From contig BCGN01000007.1 in NCBI GenBank assembly GCA_001599295.1, positions 1,043,791 through 1,107,790 on the forward strand: a DNA stretch of 64,000 nucleotides, given 5' to 3'. The notes below the pieces were generated by a model, which was given only the letters and a program-made list of their open reading frames with translations, made no database searches and was not told the origin of the DNA. How positions within the stretch are numbered: position 1 is the first letter of the stretch; every line of letters begins with the position of its first letter. Shown here piece after piece: positions 1-11,324 of this stretch. This DNA comes from Sporopachydermia quercuum. Lineage: Eukaryota. Both the position numbers and the translations under genes were made by a program.

Positions 1-2784
1 AATTCCTTCCGCTCCGTTAACTAAAATCATAGGAATAACCGGAAGATACCATTCCGGTTCAACCGTTTGTTCATCGTCTTGAACATATGTTAATAACGGA
101 TCATCTAATGCTGGGAAGATCTTCCGGGTTATCGGATTTAACTCGGCAAAAATGTATCTTGCTGCTGCGGCATCTTTGCCGCCTTGAGATCTTGTACCGA
201 AACAACCTTTAGGGTTTAAAAGATAGATGTTATTTGACCCAACAAAATCTTGGGCGAGCCCGACAATAGTTTGCACCAATGATTGTTCACCATGGTGGTA
301 TCCGGTATGTTCCGAAATGTAGCCAGCCAATAGAGCAACCTTAATTTCCGTTTTAAGGTTCCGTTTAAATACACCATATACAACTTTCCGTTGACCTGGT
401 TTCAATCCGTCTAGAACATTCGGAAGGGAACGGATGTTATCTGCCATTGAGAATAGAATTAATTCTTTATTGATAAAGTCAGAGATGAGGATTTCTTTGA
501 TCTCGGGATCTAAATGAGTCCCTGGAATGAAATTTCGAAGCCATTCTTTCCGATCGTCGGCCTTCTTCTTACTAAACGCTAAATCGATAAAAGGTTTGTC
601 CTCAGCCTTCAAAGCATGGAATAGCTTTAAATGTCGATCCAATTGGGAAAAATACTCTCGGCCTTCTTGTTGCGTACTTGTACCTAAACCCTTATAGTAT
701 TTCTGAGTCCAGGAACAGTTTTGTCCTTCGGACTCTCTCCATGCTTCATATTCTGGCATTGTATAGAAAGAAATCACCGATTTCTTCCGGTTCTTAACAA
801 CGGTCACTTTGACAATAGGAGTAATGAACTCAATTAGAAATCCCTGAATTGATAGCAGTCCCGGAAATGAGGTTTCTAAGAAGTTGATGATTAATCCTTT
901 GATATGACTACCATCATGATCTTGATCTGTCATAATCATAATATGTCCATAACGTAAAGATTTAGTATCTGAGTAATGTTTCTTATGTTGTAGACCGATG
1001 ATCTGCTTAATCGCTTGAATTTCGGCATTTTTACTGATTTGATCATGCGAGGCTTCTCGGACGTTTAACATTTTACCTCTCAGAGGAAAAACTCCGTAGT
1101 AATCTCTTCCCACAACGGCCAAACCGGCTACAGCTAATGACATAGCGGAATCACCTTCGGTAAGGATCAAAGTACATTTCTGAGATTCCCGAGTTCCTGC
1201 TTTATTTGCATCTTCGAGTTTCACTAAACCGGTGATTCTGTTCTTCTTACTCCCGTCGGATTTCTTTAAAGCTTTATCGGAGTTCTTCTCGGCAGTTTGA
1301 AGCAAATTATCAATAATCCGAGTTTTCAGGACTTTCTTCATGAAATCTGCCGAGATTTCGGCTTTAGATCCAAATGAGGAAACACGGGTAATCATTTGTT
1401 CTTTTGTTTGTGATGTGAAGGCGGGGTTTTCAATTAAACAGTTTACAAATAAGAATATATTGTTCTTGATTTGTGACGGTTTTAATTTAGCAGATTTGTG
1501 TTTTTTATCCAGTGTTTCCGAAATCTTACTTACTAATTGATCACAAATGTAGTTAACATGTGTCCCACCGGAGGTAGTAGCAATGGAGTTCACAAATGAT
1601 ACTTGATGGAAAGCACCATCGGATACCGCAAATGCAATTTCCCAACGATCGTTGACGATTTCATGTACAATTGTGGAACCAGTTGGCATCGATTCGGGTT
1701 CAGGAGACTCCGAGGTTTCCCGGGCCGAAGCTTCAAGAGCTTTCACGTATAACTCCACATAGGATTTGAAGCTTCTGCAGGGTATCCGTTTACCGTCAAG
1801 GTACACATCGGCACCTCGAACAGTTCCGGCAAGATCATAAACTCTTCTCCGCATTACTCCAAGTAAATCGTCATCCAAACCGGTCATTCCGAACAATTTC
1901 CAGTCAGGTTTGAATGTAATCTTTGTATATTCTTTACTAACCTTTGGAACAGTAATACTTGGCTTCCCCACATGAGACATATTATTCTTCCATGTTTGTT
2001 TATAAAGTTTACCTGTTGATTTATCGGCCGTTTCCACAGTGAATTCTGTTGAGAAGATATTACACANCTTTGCTCCGAAACCATTTCTACCACCAGTAAC
2101 TTTTCGTTGGTTATCATCGTAATTTGACGATGTAAGTAAGTTTCCGAAAATTAATTCCGGAATGTACATATTCTCCTTTTCATGGATTTCTATAGGAATT
2201 CCTTTACCGTCGTTATAGATTTCTATACTTCCGAGGTCTCTATTTATAGACACCTTCAAATGCTTCATATTCGGATCTCTGATTTTGTTATCAGCAGCGT
2301 TGACAAGAATTTCATCAAAGATTTTGAATAAACCAGGCACAATGGTTATTGTCTTATGAACCATTGTGTTTGAATCTTGGTCATAAATCCACATAGGAAT
2401 GTTATCTGGTTCGACGGATCCGATATAGGTATCAGGCCTCTTCAAGATATGTTCTAATTGGGTTAACTTTTGATAGGTCTCCGAAGATGACTTATCGGAA
2501 GCAGAAGAAGCTTTGGCTGCCAATTGGTTGACTTTGGAATCGCAGTCTTCTAAAGGAGAGCTCTTAGTGCTTGATGCGGTTGATTTAGATTTGGAGTTAG
2601 CTCTCTTCGTAGCAGAAGCCGACGTTGATTTTGCTTTCGGAGCTACCTTTGGCTTTGGCTCAGCTTTCAGTTTGGCCTTCTTTGCCTTTGGCACCTCTAA
2701 GCCGAAGTCATCATCGCTTCCGTCATCATCTGGCAATTGGAAATCGAAGTCCTCTTCCGAATACTCAAATTCACTGTCGCTCAT
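1..2784 (-). CDS. TOP2: DNA topoisomerase II (3' end runs off the window)
   Basis: Minus-strand frame from ATG at 2784 (MSDSEFEYSEEDFDF...), open to base 1 in the parts I translated. Contains YQKLTQLEHILKRPDTYIGSVE, VTGGRNGFGAKxCNIFSTEF (GHKL ATPase), LILTEGDSA, FPLRGKMLNVR, IMTDQDHDGSHIKG (TOPRIM), YHHGEQSL and DAAAARYIF (catalytic Tyr). Absent from the ORF track, presumably because no stop lies inside the window. Confidence 0.97.
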   Translation of the reverse strand, partial: MSDSEFEYSEEDFDFQLPDDDGSDDDFGLEVPKAKKAKLKAEPKPKVAPKAKSTSASATKRANSKSKSTASSTKSSPLEDCDSKVNQLAAKASSASDKSSSETYQKLTQLEHILKRPDTYIGSVEPDNIPMWIYDQDSNTMVHKTITIVPGLFKIFDEILVNAADNKIRDPNMKHLKVSINRDLGSIEIYNDGKGIPIEIHEKENMYIPELIFGNLLTSSNYDDNQRKVTGGRNGFGAKXCNIFSTEFTVETADKSTGKLYKQTWKNNMSHVGKPSITVPKVSKEYTKITFKPDWKLFGMTGLDDDLLGVMRRRVYDLAGTVRGADVYLDGKRIPCRSFKSYVELYVKALEASARETSESPEPESMPTGSTIVHEIVNDRWEIAFAVSDGAFHQVSFVNSIATTSGGTHVNYICDQLVSKISETLDKKHKSAKLKPSQIKNNIFLFVNCLIENPAFTSQTKEQMITRVSSFGSKAEISADFMKKVLKTRIIDNLLQTAEKNSDKALKKSDGSKKNRITGLVKLEDANKAGTRESQKCTLILTEGDSAMSLAVAGLAVVGRDYYGVFPLRGKMLNVREASHDQISKNAEIQAIKQIIGLQHKKHYSDTKSLRYGHIMIMTDQDHDGSHIKGLIINFLETSFPGLLSIQGFLIEFITPIVKVTVVKNRKKSVISFYTMPEYEAWRESEGQNCSWTQKYYKGLGTSTQQEGREYFSQLDRHLKLFHALKAEDKPFIDLAFSKKKADDRKEWLRNFIPGTHLDPEIKEILISDFINKELILFSMADNIRSLPNVLDGLKPGQRKVVYGVFKRNLKTEIKVALLAGYISEHTGYHHGEQSLVQTIVGLAQDFVGSNNIYLLNPKGCFGTRSQGGKDAAAARYIFAELNPITRKIFPALDDPLLTYVQDDEQTVEPEWYLPVIPMILVNGAEGI

Positions 2785-2900
2785 TGCAAATCAGTGATAT
2801 TACCGTTCTTTGTAAAATAAACAACATGTAGATGTGTTGCTTATTGAATAATAGGCATTGGCAGATTACTGGGAGGAATAATTGAGACTAAGTGAATGAG

Positions 2901-2906
2901 ACGCGT
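2901..2906. promoter_or_regulatory. MCB (MluI cell-cycle box, ACGCGT) upstream of TOP2
   Basis: Exact ACGCGT about 117 bp upstream of the TOP2 ATG, with a second copy at 3745-3750. MCBs are established G1/S elements of yeast DNA-metabolism genes. Confidence 0.5.
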
Positions 2907-4514
2907 TGTGGTATAGGTTTCTGATTTGTGTTTTATGATTTTTGTATTGAGGTTTGATTATAACTGTGGTTCATTTTTAACTGCAGTCAGGAATGGATAT
3001 CAAATAACAAACAGACTTCAATACAGTAAATACCCTGGCGCTTAGGTCTGAAATGAGTTCCTGAAAATGAGAAGAAGAGAAGACGATGAGATAAATTAGT
3101 TTATGAACAATAAGCAGAAAAAAAGGGAAGTACATGTGATGTTTTTAGGCAAAGTCAAACAGCAGAGCTGCATTGGGAAGTCTTGTTTTTGTTTTTCGTG
3201 TTTGTGTTTAACCAAGAACGTACAATGTTGGATAGCGGAAATGGTGGGGGTATACCGGAGATGGGAAAAATGAGGTAAGGAGACGATGAGAATGAAAAAA
3301 CTGAAGACTGGATTTAATCCTAGAATTAACATTCGAATTCGTTGAAGTAAAGCTAAATAGGAAAAATGGTCAACAGCAGATATTTTTGGGATATCTGATG
3401 TGATGATGAGCTAGGCGATCAACATGGAGAGGGTTCTTACGATGAGATATCTTTTCGTTATTTGTTGCACATGATTTCCGTAGTTTTTTGACCTTACGAA
3501 TTATCAGATGATAAATGAGAGGAACTCGTCATACATTCGAGCAATAAATCATTATATGGGATAGCTATTAGTAGTTACTAGTTGGAATGAAAATTTTTGT
3601 TCTGTTTAATGGTATGTGCTGAAACATCAACCTGACTGAAGGTAACAACATCGCGAATCATCCCATTAATATTTCGCACATGACTACTTGATTTGGAGAG
3701 CATATCTTGCTATTTTCCCAGGTTCACATATGAAAATAGTATATACGCGTACAAGGCTGCTTGTAGTGGGATTTTAACTATTGTAAGTTTGTATATTGTT
3801 GCTCAGATCTTCCATATTGCAGCAACAGTTGGACTCGTCCAATTTTTGATTGGCAATCTTGGGAATATCCTCTCAGATGGTCTTCTCTTTTCAATAAGAT
3901 GAACAAAACTCAAGAAATATATAGAGACTGTAACAAGATGACCATCAATAATCAACATAACTAAAAGCAATACAATCCTATCAAAACCGCTTATTGGAAT
4001 ATCTATTCAACGGTACTTCTATGTAAAATTGCTAAAGTACGTATCAAAAGCACATCTACGAACCAAGATATGCATGTTCCAGCATATTATGCATACACGT
4101 GACAGGTTTTTCTTTTTCTGTCAACTTCTTCTTATCTTTCAAGCTTTATTTTCCCTCTTCATTTCCTCATTTTATGCTCTTTTCTTCTTATCAATTGAGC
4201 ATCCTGTTAGGTAACGACTACTTTGCTGACAAAATAGCCCACTTCTAACATAAGATGCAATGGGAAGTGCTTATTGAAGATAATCATATTATCACCAACA
4301 AACTCTTTGACAAAATCAATAGATTCCATGGGCACAGCGAAAGGTTGTAGATAGTGCCAAATATAGGTTTGCAGTTGATAGCTCCATAAACACATCTTTC
4401 TTGTTTCCTCCTCTTGAATGAGCAATCACAGTACTTCATTCACGATTGTTTAATTATTTTTTTTTCTCTTTTTTATCACAGATCGTTCAGATAATATATC
4501 CTATCGGCATTGTC

Positions 4515-5650
4515 ATGACTGTTCCTTCTGCTATCAAAGTGTCACCAGATACTCCATCTGAATTGTACTCACCTTTGACATGGGACCTTCTTAAAGAAAC
4601 TGTTGATCGAGTAAGCAAAGGTACGAAATTCAGCGCTTTCTTGTTAGTTATTTTTTCTGTCGTTAAACCAAATATGCAAATGAGAATACTGACATTCAAT
4701 AAGCTCAAACAAAATCATATTCGCCCTACTCCAAATTCCGGTAAGTTTAATATTAAGAACAGTTAACTGTCTGAGTCAAGTATTCTAATGTAATTCCATA
4801 TAAAGATGTTAAATGTGGTTTCCGTTTAAACAATATAGTCGACAACACTATTGAAGCTATAAGAGGGAAAAAAGAAGCATACATCAAAATACTATTTGCC
4901 CATAAAGCTGACCTAAAAAATGATCTATTACTAACAGTTCAAATAGTGTTGGTTGCGTAATTCATACTAGTGAAGGTCATTGGATAGAAGGAGCAAACAT
5001 TGAAAATGCAAGCTATGGTGAGTCAATTTATTATTAGCATGCATTATGAGGAAAATAACACTTATAATAGAGTGACTTTAGTAATTATGAGACATTACTG
5101 AAGAATGTGTGCTGTATTTTACTTGCAGCTTGTTGCTACTGTTCTATTACTCTTATATCACTATCATATTATATTACTACTACTAACAATAACTATAGGC
5201 GCTTGTATATGTGCTGAAAGAACTGCCATTGTTTCTATGAAAGTGAGTATTTGATNTTTAAACTTCAAGTTTTTGCAATTATGACCTTCTAATTAATATG
5301 GAACACTACATTGTTTGAGGGTTCTTACATGTTATGAATCATTAAAGTATATAACCGCTTCGATGAAACATATCATGAGTTCTACTAATATACAATATTT
5401 CTATCTACTAACAAATATGCATACATATGGATAGATGCTTTATCCTTCTGATTCTATTAAATATCTTGCAGTTATAACAGATTCGCCAATAATCTCATCT
5501 CCTTGTGGGATATGTAGACAAGTTATTCGAGAGTTTGCAACTGACCTTTCACTGAAAGTTGTGATGTTTAATGCTAAATGTGATGAGCTTATTATTATGT
5601 CTATAGATGACTTACTACCATTGAGTTTTGGTCCCGAGAATTTGAAATAG
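4515..5650 (+). CDS. CDD1: Cytidine deaminase, 5 exons
   Basis: Exons 4515-4620, 4704-4740, 4947-5017, 5199-5242, 5435-5650. Introns have GTACGA/GTAAGT/GTGAGT/GTGAGT donors, TACTGAC or TACTAAC branch points and AAG/TAG acceptors. The spliced protein reads ...KSYSPYSKFRVGC...GANIENASYGACICAERTAI...SPCGICRQVIREF...LLPLSFGPENLK, giving the CAE and PCxxC zinc motifs. Confidence 0.95.
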
Positions 5651-6212
5651 ATAAAATGATCAAGAAACNAAGAAGCGAACATCTTACAACTACCTGATGA
5701 TTGGATTTTTGGAGCTTTGTTTTATAAAGAAAAGAAAATTTTAGTTGATAGAATTCTATGGTATGAATACCTACTTAATGTGGACGCCCTGTTATAAAAT
5801 CCTTGATATTGAAGAATGCTTTTAAAGATGTTAACATTAACGAGAGTACTATTGATTGAAGCAATACCTAATTATGCTGATCAAATCATGGAAGTTCATA
5901 GTATATCATGCTATGCAACCAACATTAGGATGGTATTTCTTCTATCTTCTATATCTTTCCTCTAATTTACCGGAATATTTANTACCACGTGAGTTAGATA
6001 AAAAGAAATACATATTTCTCCATTTAATAAGGGAATAATGTGTTATGAAATGACGAATTTATAGATTATAAATGCATGATTTTTCTATGAATTTAGAGTC
6101 AGATTGTAATGAAATGTTCTTTATCTTTTCCTCTACTCTTTACATATTCCCTGCTACTCTGTACATATTTTTCGATAATGTTTATAACCTCCGAAATCAT
6201 TCACATTACTTC

Positions 6213-7328
6213 CTAAATTCTCTTCACTGGACCCCCAGGCGAGCTATCCACCCTCGCCGTAAGAATTTCACAACCTGTTTCAGTAACTAATAGTGTATGC
6301 TCAAACTGTGCTGATCCTTTACCATCAACTGTCGTTGCAGTCCAGTCATCAGGCCATTGAATATCTCGATAGTCTCCCAGAGTAAGCATAGGTTCTATAG
6401 TAAATGTCATACCTGGTTTAGCTATACCTGGAGTTTTATTCTTCTTATAGTGAGGAACATCTGGTGTCGTATGGAATAAAGAGTTAACCCCATGGCCAAC
6501 GAATGTTCTAACCACCCCTAATTTATTCTCAGTTGCATGCTTCTCAATAACTGCTCCGATATCTCGGAAAAGCATTCCAGGACGAACAATATCAATAGCC
6601 ATTTGTAATGATTCTCTACATGTTTCCACTAGGCGAACTAGATCCGGATCTGCCTTAGCTTTATCTCCAACGTAGTATGTCTCGTTCAAATCAGAATGAT
6701 ATCCATCGTGATATAAGGAAACATCGATATTCACAATATCCCCATCTTGTAAAGGCCTTTGATCAGGAATACCATGACAAATGACTTCATTGACAGATGT
6801 ACAACATGATTTTGGGAAATTATAGTAATTGAAAGGTGATGGATATGCATTTCTAGCAATTGTAGCTTCATGGACAATCAAATCAATCTCTTCAGTAGTG
6901 ACTCCCGGTTTGATGGCAGCAGCAGCTAAATCTAGTACTTCCCTACCTAACTTATTAGCTACACGCATTTTCTNTATAGCTTCTGGGGATAAAACATCAA
7001 TTGTGGTTCTCCTATTGGCGATCTCTGATAGTGGAGCACCGTTTAAAGCATAATCAGGTTTTTGAATGCTTTCTGGGACAGGTCTTCTTGGAGATAACGG
7101 ATAGCAAGCTCTGAGCGAACCTGAGTATTGAAAATTAGGGAACGGATCATAGGAATCTTCTCCGGCTTTCTTATGCACAAATTTATGAGTGGCCCAGTTC
7201 TTTTTGAAGCACGTTTGATCGCAGAAAATGCTAGTAACGCCTTGCTTTAAACACATTGGACATTTCAAAGTAGAGTCGGTGATTTTGCTGCAGTCAGCAC
7301 CTGTGCAGCGAATAACTACCTGCGTCAT
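6213..7328 (-). CDS. MAP1: Methionine aminopeptidase 1
   Basis: 371 aa. N-terminal Zn finger ([21 protein letters not shown]) plus [37 protein letters not shown] and [11 protein letters not shown]. Confidence 0.97.
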   Translation of the reverse strand: MTQVVIRCTGADCSKITDSTLKCPMCLKQGVTSIFCDQTCFKKNWATHKFVHKKAGEDSYDPFPNFQYSGSLRACYPLSPRRPVPESIQKPDYALNGAPLSEIANRRTTIDVLSPEAIXKMRVANKLGREVLDLAAAAIKPGVTTEEIDLIVHEATIARNAYPSPFNYYNFPKSCCTSVNEVICHGIPDQRPLQDGDIVNIDVSLYHDGYHSDLNETYYVGDKAKADPDLVRLVETCRESLQMAIDIVRPGMLFRDIGAVIEKHATENKLGVVRTFVGHGVNSLFHTTPDVPHYKKNKTPGIAKPGMTFTIEPMLTLGDYRDIQWPDDWTATTVDGKGSAQFEHTLLVTETGCEILTARVDSSPGGPVKRI

Positions 7329-7495
7329 TTTGCTGGTTATGGAGTTTCAGCGGTAAAAATAAGTAGACTTCCCAGTGCCTATACGGACCTATAAGTGCCA
7401 TAGGCAAAAATCTGGAGAACTTTGTGGATATTTGACAGCAGTTGTAATGAAGAAGCTGACTAGCTGATAAGGTAAAAAAGAAGGAAGGTAAGAGA

Positions 7496-7506
7496 TGAAA
7501 AATTTT
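7496..7506. promoter_or_regulatory. RRPE element (TGAAAAATTTT) in the MAP1/RRI1 divergent promoter
   Basis: Exact match to the RRPE consensus about 170 bp upstream of the MAP1 ATG. Function is inferred. Confidence 0.45.
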
Positions 7507-7942
7507 CGGGATATTCCGGATATAATACTTTGAAGAGGGAAAGACAGGAGATCACTGTTATGTTATGTTTACCATAATTTGTGAATTTGGGGTATCTCTA
7601 GAGATAACAAGAAAAAATGTGAGGAATCTATTATGGAAAAGATAGACAGTATTGTATCCATAATCACTGAGTCCACTTATTAGTTTTTCCGTTTTGTTCA
7701 ACTCATCTCCAGTCTTCATTCTGGTTTTTTTTAAGGATGATGTACTGTCAAGGAAGTAACTATTATTACTAGCTGAATTGCCAGGAGTGTGATAGGTTCC
7801 AAAGGTTTATTCTTCAAAAGAGAGTATCTGTTTCTTATTGCACAAGACGAATTATCTGGCCTGTTTACTAAGGTATTGGCTTCTGTCTCCCCCTGTGTGG
7901 GACCCAACATTCACTCCCATACTTCAATTCTTACCCTTAATA

Positions 7943-10321
7943 ATGGCGTCTCATCATTCTGTAGACAACCAGCTTTCAGACTCAGAATGTTCAGAAAGCC
8001 TACTATCGGACGTATCAACTATGGAGTCAGAACGAGTTCGATCGGCATCCAATGCTGATATAGACATGGATATTGATGACGATGATGATGAACTACGGCG
8101 AGGGAATAATACAAACTCCCAACAGAAACAGTTGACAACGGAAGACCAACGAAGTCATGGAAATATAGAGAAAAGCAGCAGAGCAAGCGACGACTACTTT
8201 TTATATAACAGCGAAGAGCAGATAAAAATCCGGTCGGAGAAGCCGTACAGAAAAGAGTATGTGTCGTATTTGTGATTGTCGATTTTATGTTGATTAATGT
8301 TTATTAATGTTACAATTATGTTGTTGTGNCATGTTCGAATAAATGTACATTAATTGACTAAACTGNTAATATTATTAGTCTCATATGTTTTAATACTAAC
8401 ACGAATTAATTAGTGTAAATTACTTTCAAGAAGTGAAAATATCAGCTTTGGCATTAACAAAAATGGTATGTTTGATTTTTTGCTGAGAATAAAAATAGGA
8501 GAAAAGGATGCTAAATGGGCTGNCGAATTTGAAAGATAAGTGGTTAGAAGCCTGTGTTTTTTTGATTGAATTTATGAAGGTTATTTGGGCTGCTTTGAGT
8601 TGCTTTCAGTAACCATGGAGTTAATTTAACAACATTTCTGGGATTGTTAATACAGTATATTCGATTTCGGGAGGAGACACACATGATATTACTACTTTGT
8701 ACATTATGATGAGAATAGAGAAACAGTTTGAGTACGTCAGCAAGTTCAATACTTAGTTGGTTATATGACTAGGGTGCNTCAGTATTACGTTTAAACATAC
8801 ATCAATTGATATTAAAGTGGACTTTTTGTCAGATATCACTGTAACAGTAACCAAGCATCAGAATTTCTGCAATGAAATCTGACATACTACAGGCTAAATA
8901 CGTTTTCTATTCCATTCAAATTAACAATCGCAACAAGGATCGTAATGAAATTTATGAGGACCGCATTGAAAATGCAATTGGGGGTACCAGAAGTTCGTTA
9001 CTTTTTCACTAATAAATAATACTAATCATCATCATAATAACAATAGTTTCAATGATCAAACACTTTTCGACCTTCATGAAAGCCTATACGATCTTCATTC
9101 TTCAACATCATCTTCCCCTATATAACTACTCTTGTACTAACAACNAAACAGGTAAAACATGCTCATTCTGGTGGTTCCATAGAAATAATGGGTCTAATGA
9201 CAGGTAAAATCATTGGCCACTCTTTCATAGTAATGGACTCTTATCCTCTACCTGTACATGGAACAGAAACCCGTGTAAATGCTATGAGCGAAGGATATGA
9301 ATTCATGGTACAGTATATTCAATCCTCGCATGATGTTAACAGGAAAGAAAATGTTATTGGCTGGTACCATTCACATCCTGGATATGGCTGTTGGTTATCG
9401 GGAATAGATGTAGAGACTCAAATGCTGCAGCAATCATTTCAAGACCCATTTGTCGCCGTAGTAATTGACCCTGAGAGAACAAATGCTACTGGAAAAGTAG
9501 ATATTGGCGCGTTCAGAACATATCCAGAAAAAGAAGTTAGTGAAACTGGCGGCGGAACTGTTTCTAAATCCAGTAGTAAATCCAGCCGTACAGGAACCGC
9601 CACTGGTGGTAAGTACCATACCGTTCCTACTACAGAGATATCTAAACCTGCAAATCCACCTAAGAAGCCCGCGGGAATCCTTCCGTTAGGGAAAGTGAAA
9701 GATTATGGTGCACACTCTTATCGATATTATCCCTTGGAAGTGTCATATTTCAATTCAACGCAGGATGAGCTTTTGATGAAGGAACTTTGGAACCACCATT
9801 GGACCAATACGTTATCACAATTAGGGTTTACCGATGCTCGGGAATCTTTCGTTGTAGATCGAATGATGGATTTGGCTAAGAAATATATAGATTTTGACCG
9901 GCATGATAAACTGAGATTGCGGGCAGCACGAGGGGTGAGTGGGGTAGGAGGGACGCCTGGAGGAAGTCTTCGAAGATACGAAACAGCCAGTGAAGTTGAA
10001 TCAGGTGGGATCGGAAGAAGGTTAAGTAGGAAACAACACTCGGGTTTAATAATGACTACCTCTGATCTGAATCGGAATAAAAGTGTTGCACAAGGGAAAC
10101 TTGGAACCGCTCTTGGAAGCGGAAGTGGTAAAAATAACAGCGGTAGTGGAAATTTAAGCTCTACAGACTCGGCTACCGTTTCTCCTGGATTTTCTTCTAC
10201 ATTTGGTTCATCTACCGCTTCTAATGAACTCCAAGAGGTGATTCAACAGGGAAANTCTATTGGTGTTCAAGAAGCGCAGCAGTTGATTCTTCAAAGGGCG
10301 AAAGAAATGCTTTTCAGCTAA
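7943..10321 (+). CDS. RRI1: COP9 signalosome subunit 5 (JAMM metalloprotease), 3 exons
   Basis: Exons 7943-8256, 8414-8465, 9152-10321 with GTATGT donors, TACTAAC branch points and TAG/CAG acceptors. Spliced sequence: [42 protein letters not shown]...LPVHGTETRVNA...GWYHSHPGYGCWLSGIDV...VVIDP...GKVDIGAFRTYP. The start ATG at 7943 is inferred. Confidence 0.93.
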
Positions 10322-11324
10322 CCATTCAGCAGTTAGTTTACCGCCATTGATCAACAGAAATCCTTGTTATCTCGATAAAAATGTTGAAGGTGATTAGGAA
10401 AATAAACGAGATCANCGAGAGCAGCAGAATCTTGGAAACAAGAAAACCGCTATAGACCCAATATATTCAGTCTTATTTAGAAGTTGAGTTTGGCTTAATT
10501 TATGTGATTGTATTTCTATGCGTTAATTAGTCAGCAGAAACATAAAACTACGGTCATTAATGTTGAGAAGTAATGCATAGTTAATAAGTTCTTTCATGAA
10601 ATAAACGACAATATTAATTGTGAATATTGTTGCAGGCTTCAGTGCGACTCAAGCACTCTTCCTGTGCAATTTATAGCTTAGGAAACTAGCTAGGCATTCC
10701 CTTTTATTTCCTAGTTGCTGATGATATTTTACCTGACTATCAATAAACCAGAGTTGGTTATTTTCAGATCAATGATTATAGCAATGGCTTTACTATTATT
10801 CTTGAATTACCGATTCTGAGTTCTGACAAGAGTTTGTTCAGTTCAATGCAGTATTATTTTCAGTATTTTATGTACTCTAATGGTTAGTTTCAACTAATGT
10901 CAAATTGTAAATCTGCAATATGCTATAAGCTGTTCTCATAATCCGTATAGTACCAATAAATGAATATATGAACTTCTGTTGATTTGACATGAAATATATA
11001 CTGTCAATTAAAGTAAGAATCTCTGTAGTGTACAGCGAATTAATGCAAGTCAAAATCGGAATTGTTGTAGCTGTAATTGTAATTGTTGTTACACAAAATA
11101 ATTAATGTAAGCGAAATTAGTTGTGTTATTGTATCATTACAAGTTTACATAATTACAAAAATGCATAAGTGTATAAAGTATAAATTCAGTGTTGGGTTTA
11201 TGTACATTAATTATTACACACTGAATATTATATATATTACATAATTGCTAAACAGATTGCAATGGCAGACTACTAAAAACAAAGAAGAGTCCACATTCCT
11301 TTTATCTACTAAGCAATAAATCGG

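Noticed and set aside
3096..4425. Small ORFs in the TOP2-CDD1 spacer (e.g. 4207-4425 minus)
   Set aside because: Mostly non-ATG starts, no recognisable domains and no consistent splice signals.
8706..8882. Box C/D snoRNA in RRI1 intron 2 (ATGATGA...CTGA, with TTCTGCAAT complementary to 5.8S)
   Set aside because: The complementarity is short and not adjacent to box D as the +5 rule needs, and there is no convincing terminal stem.
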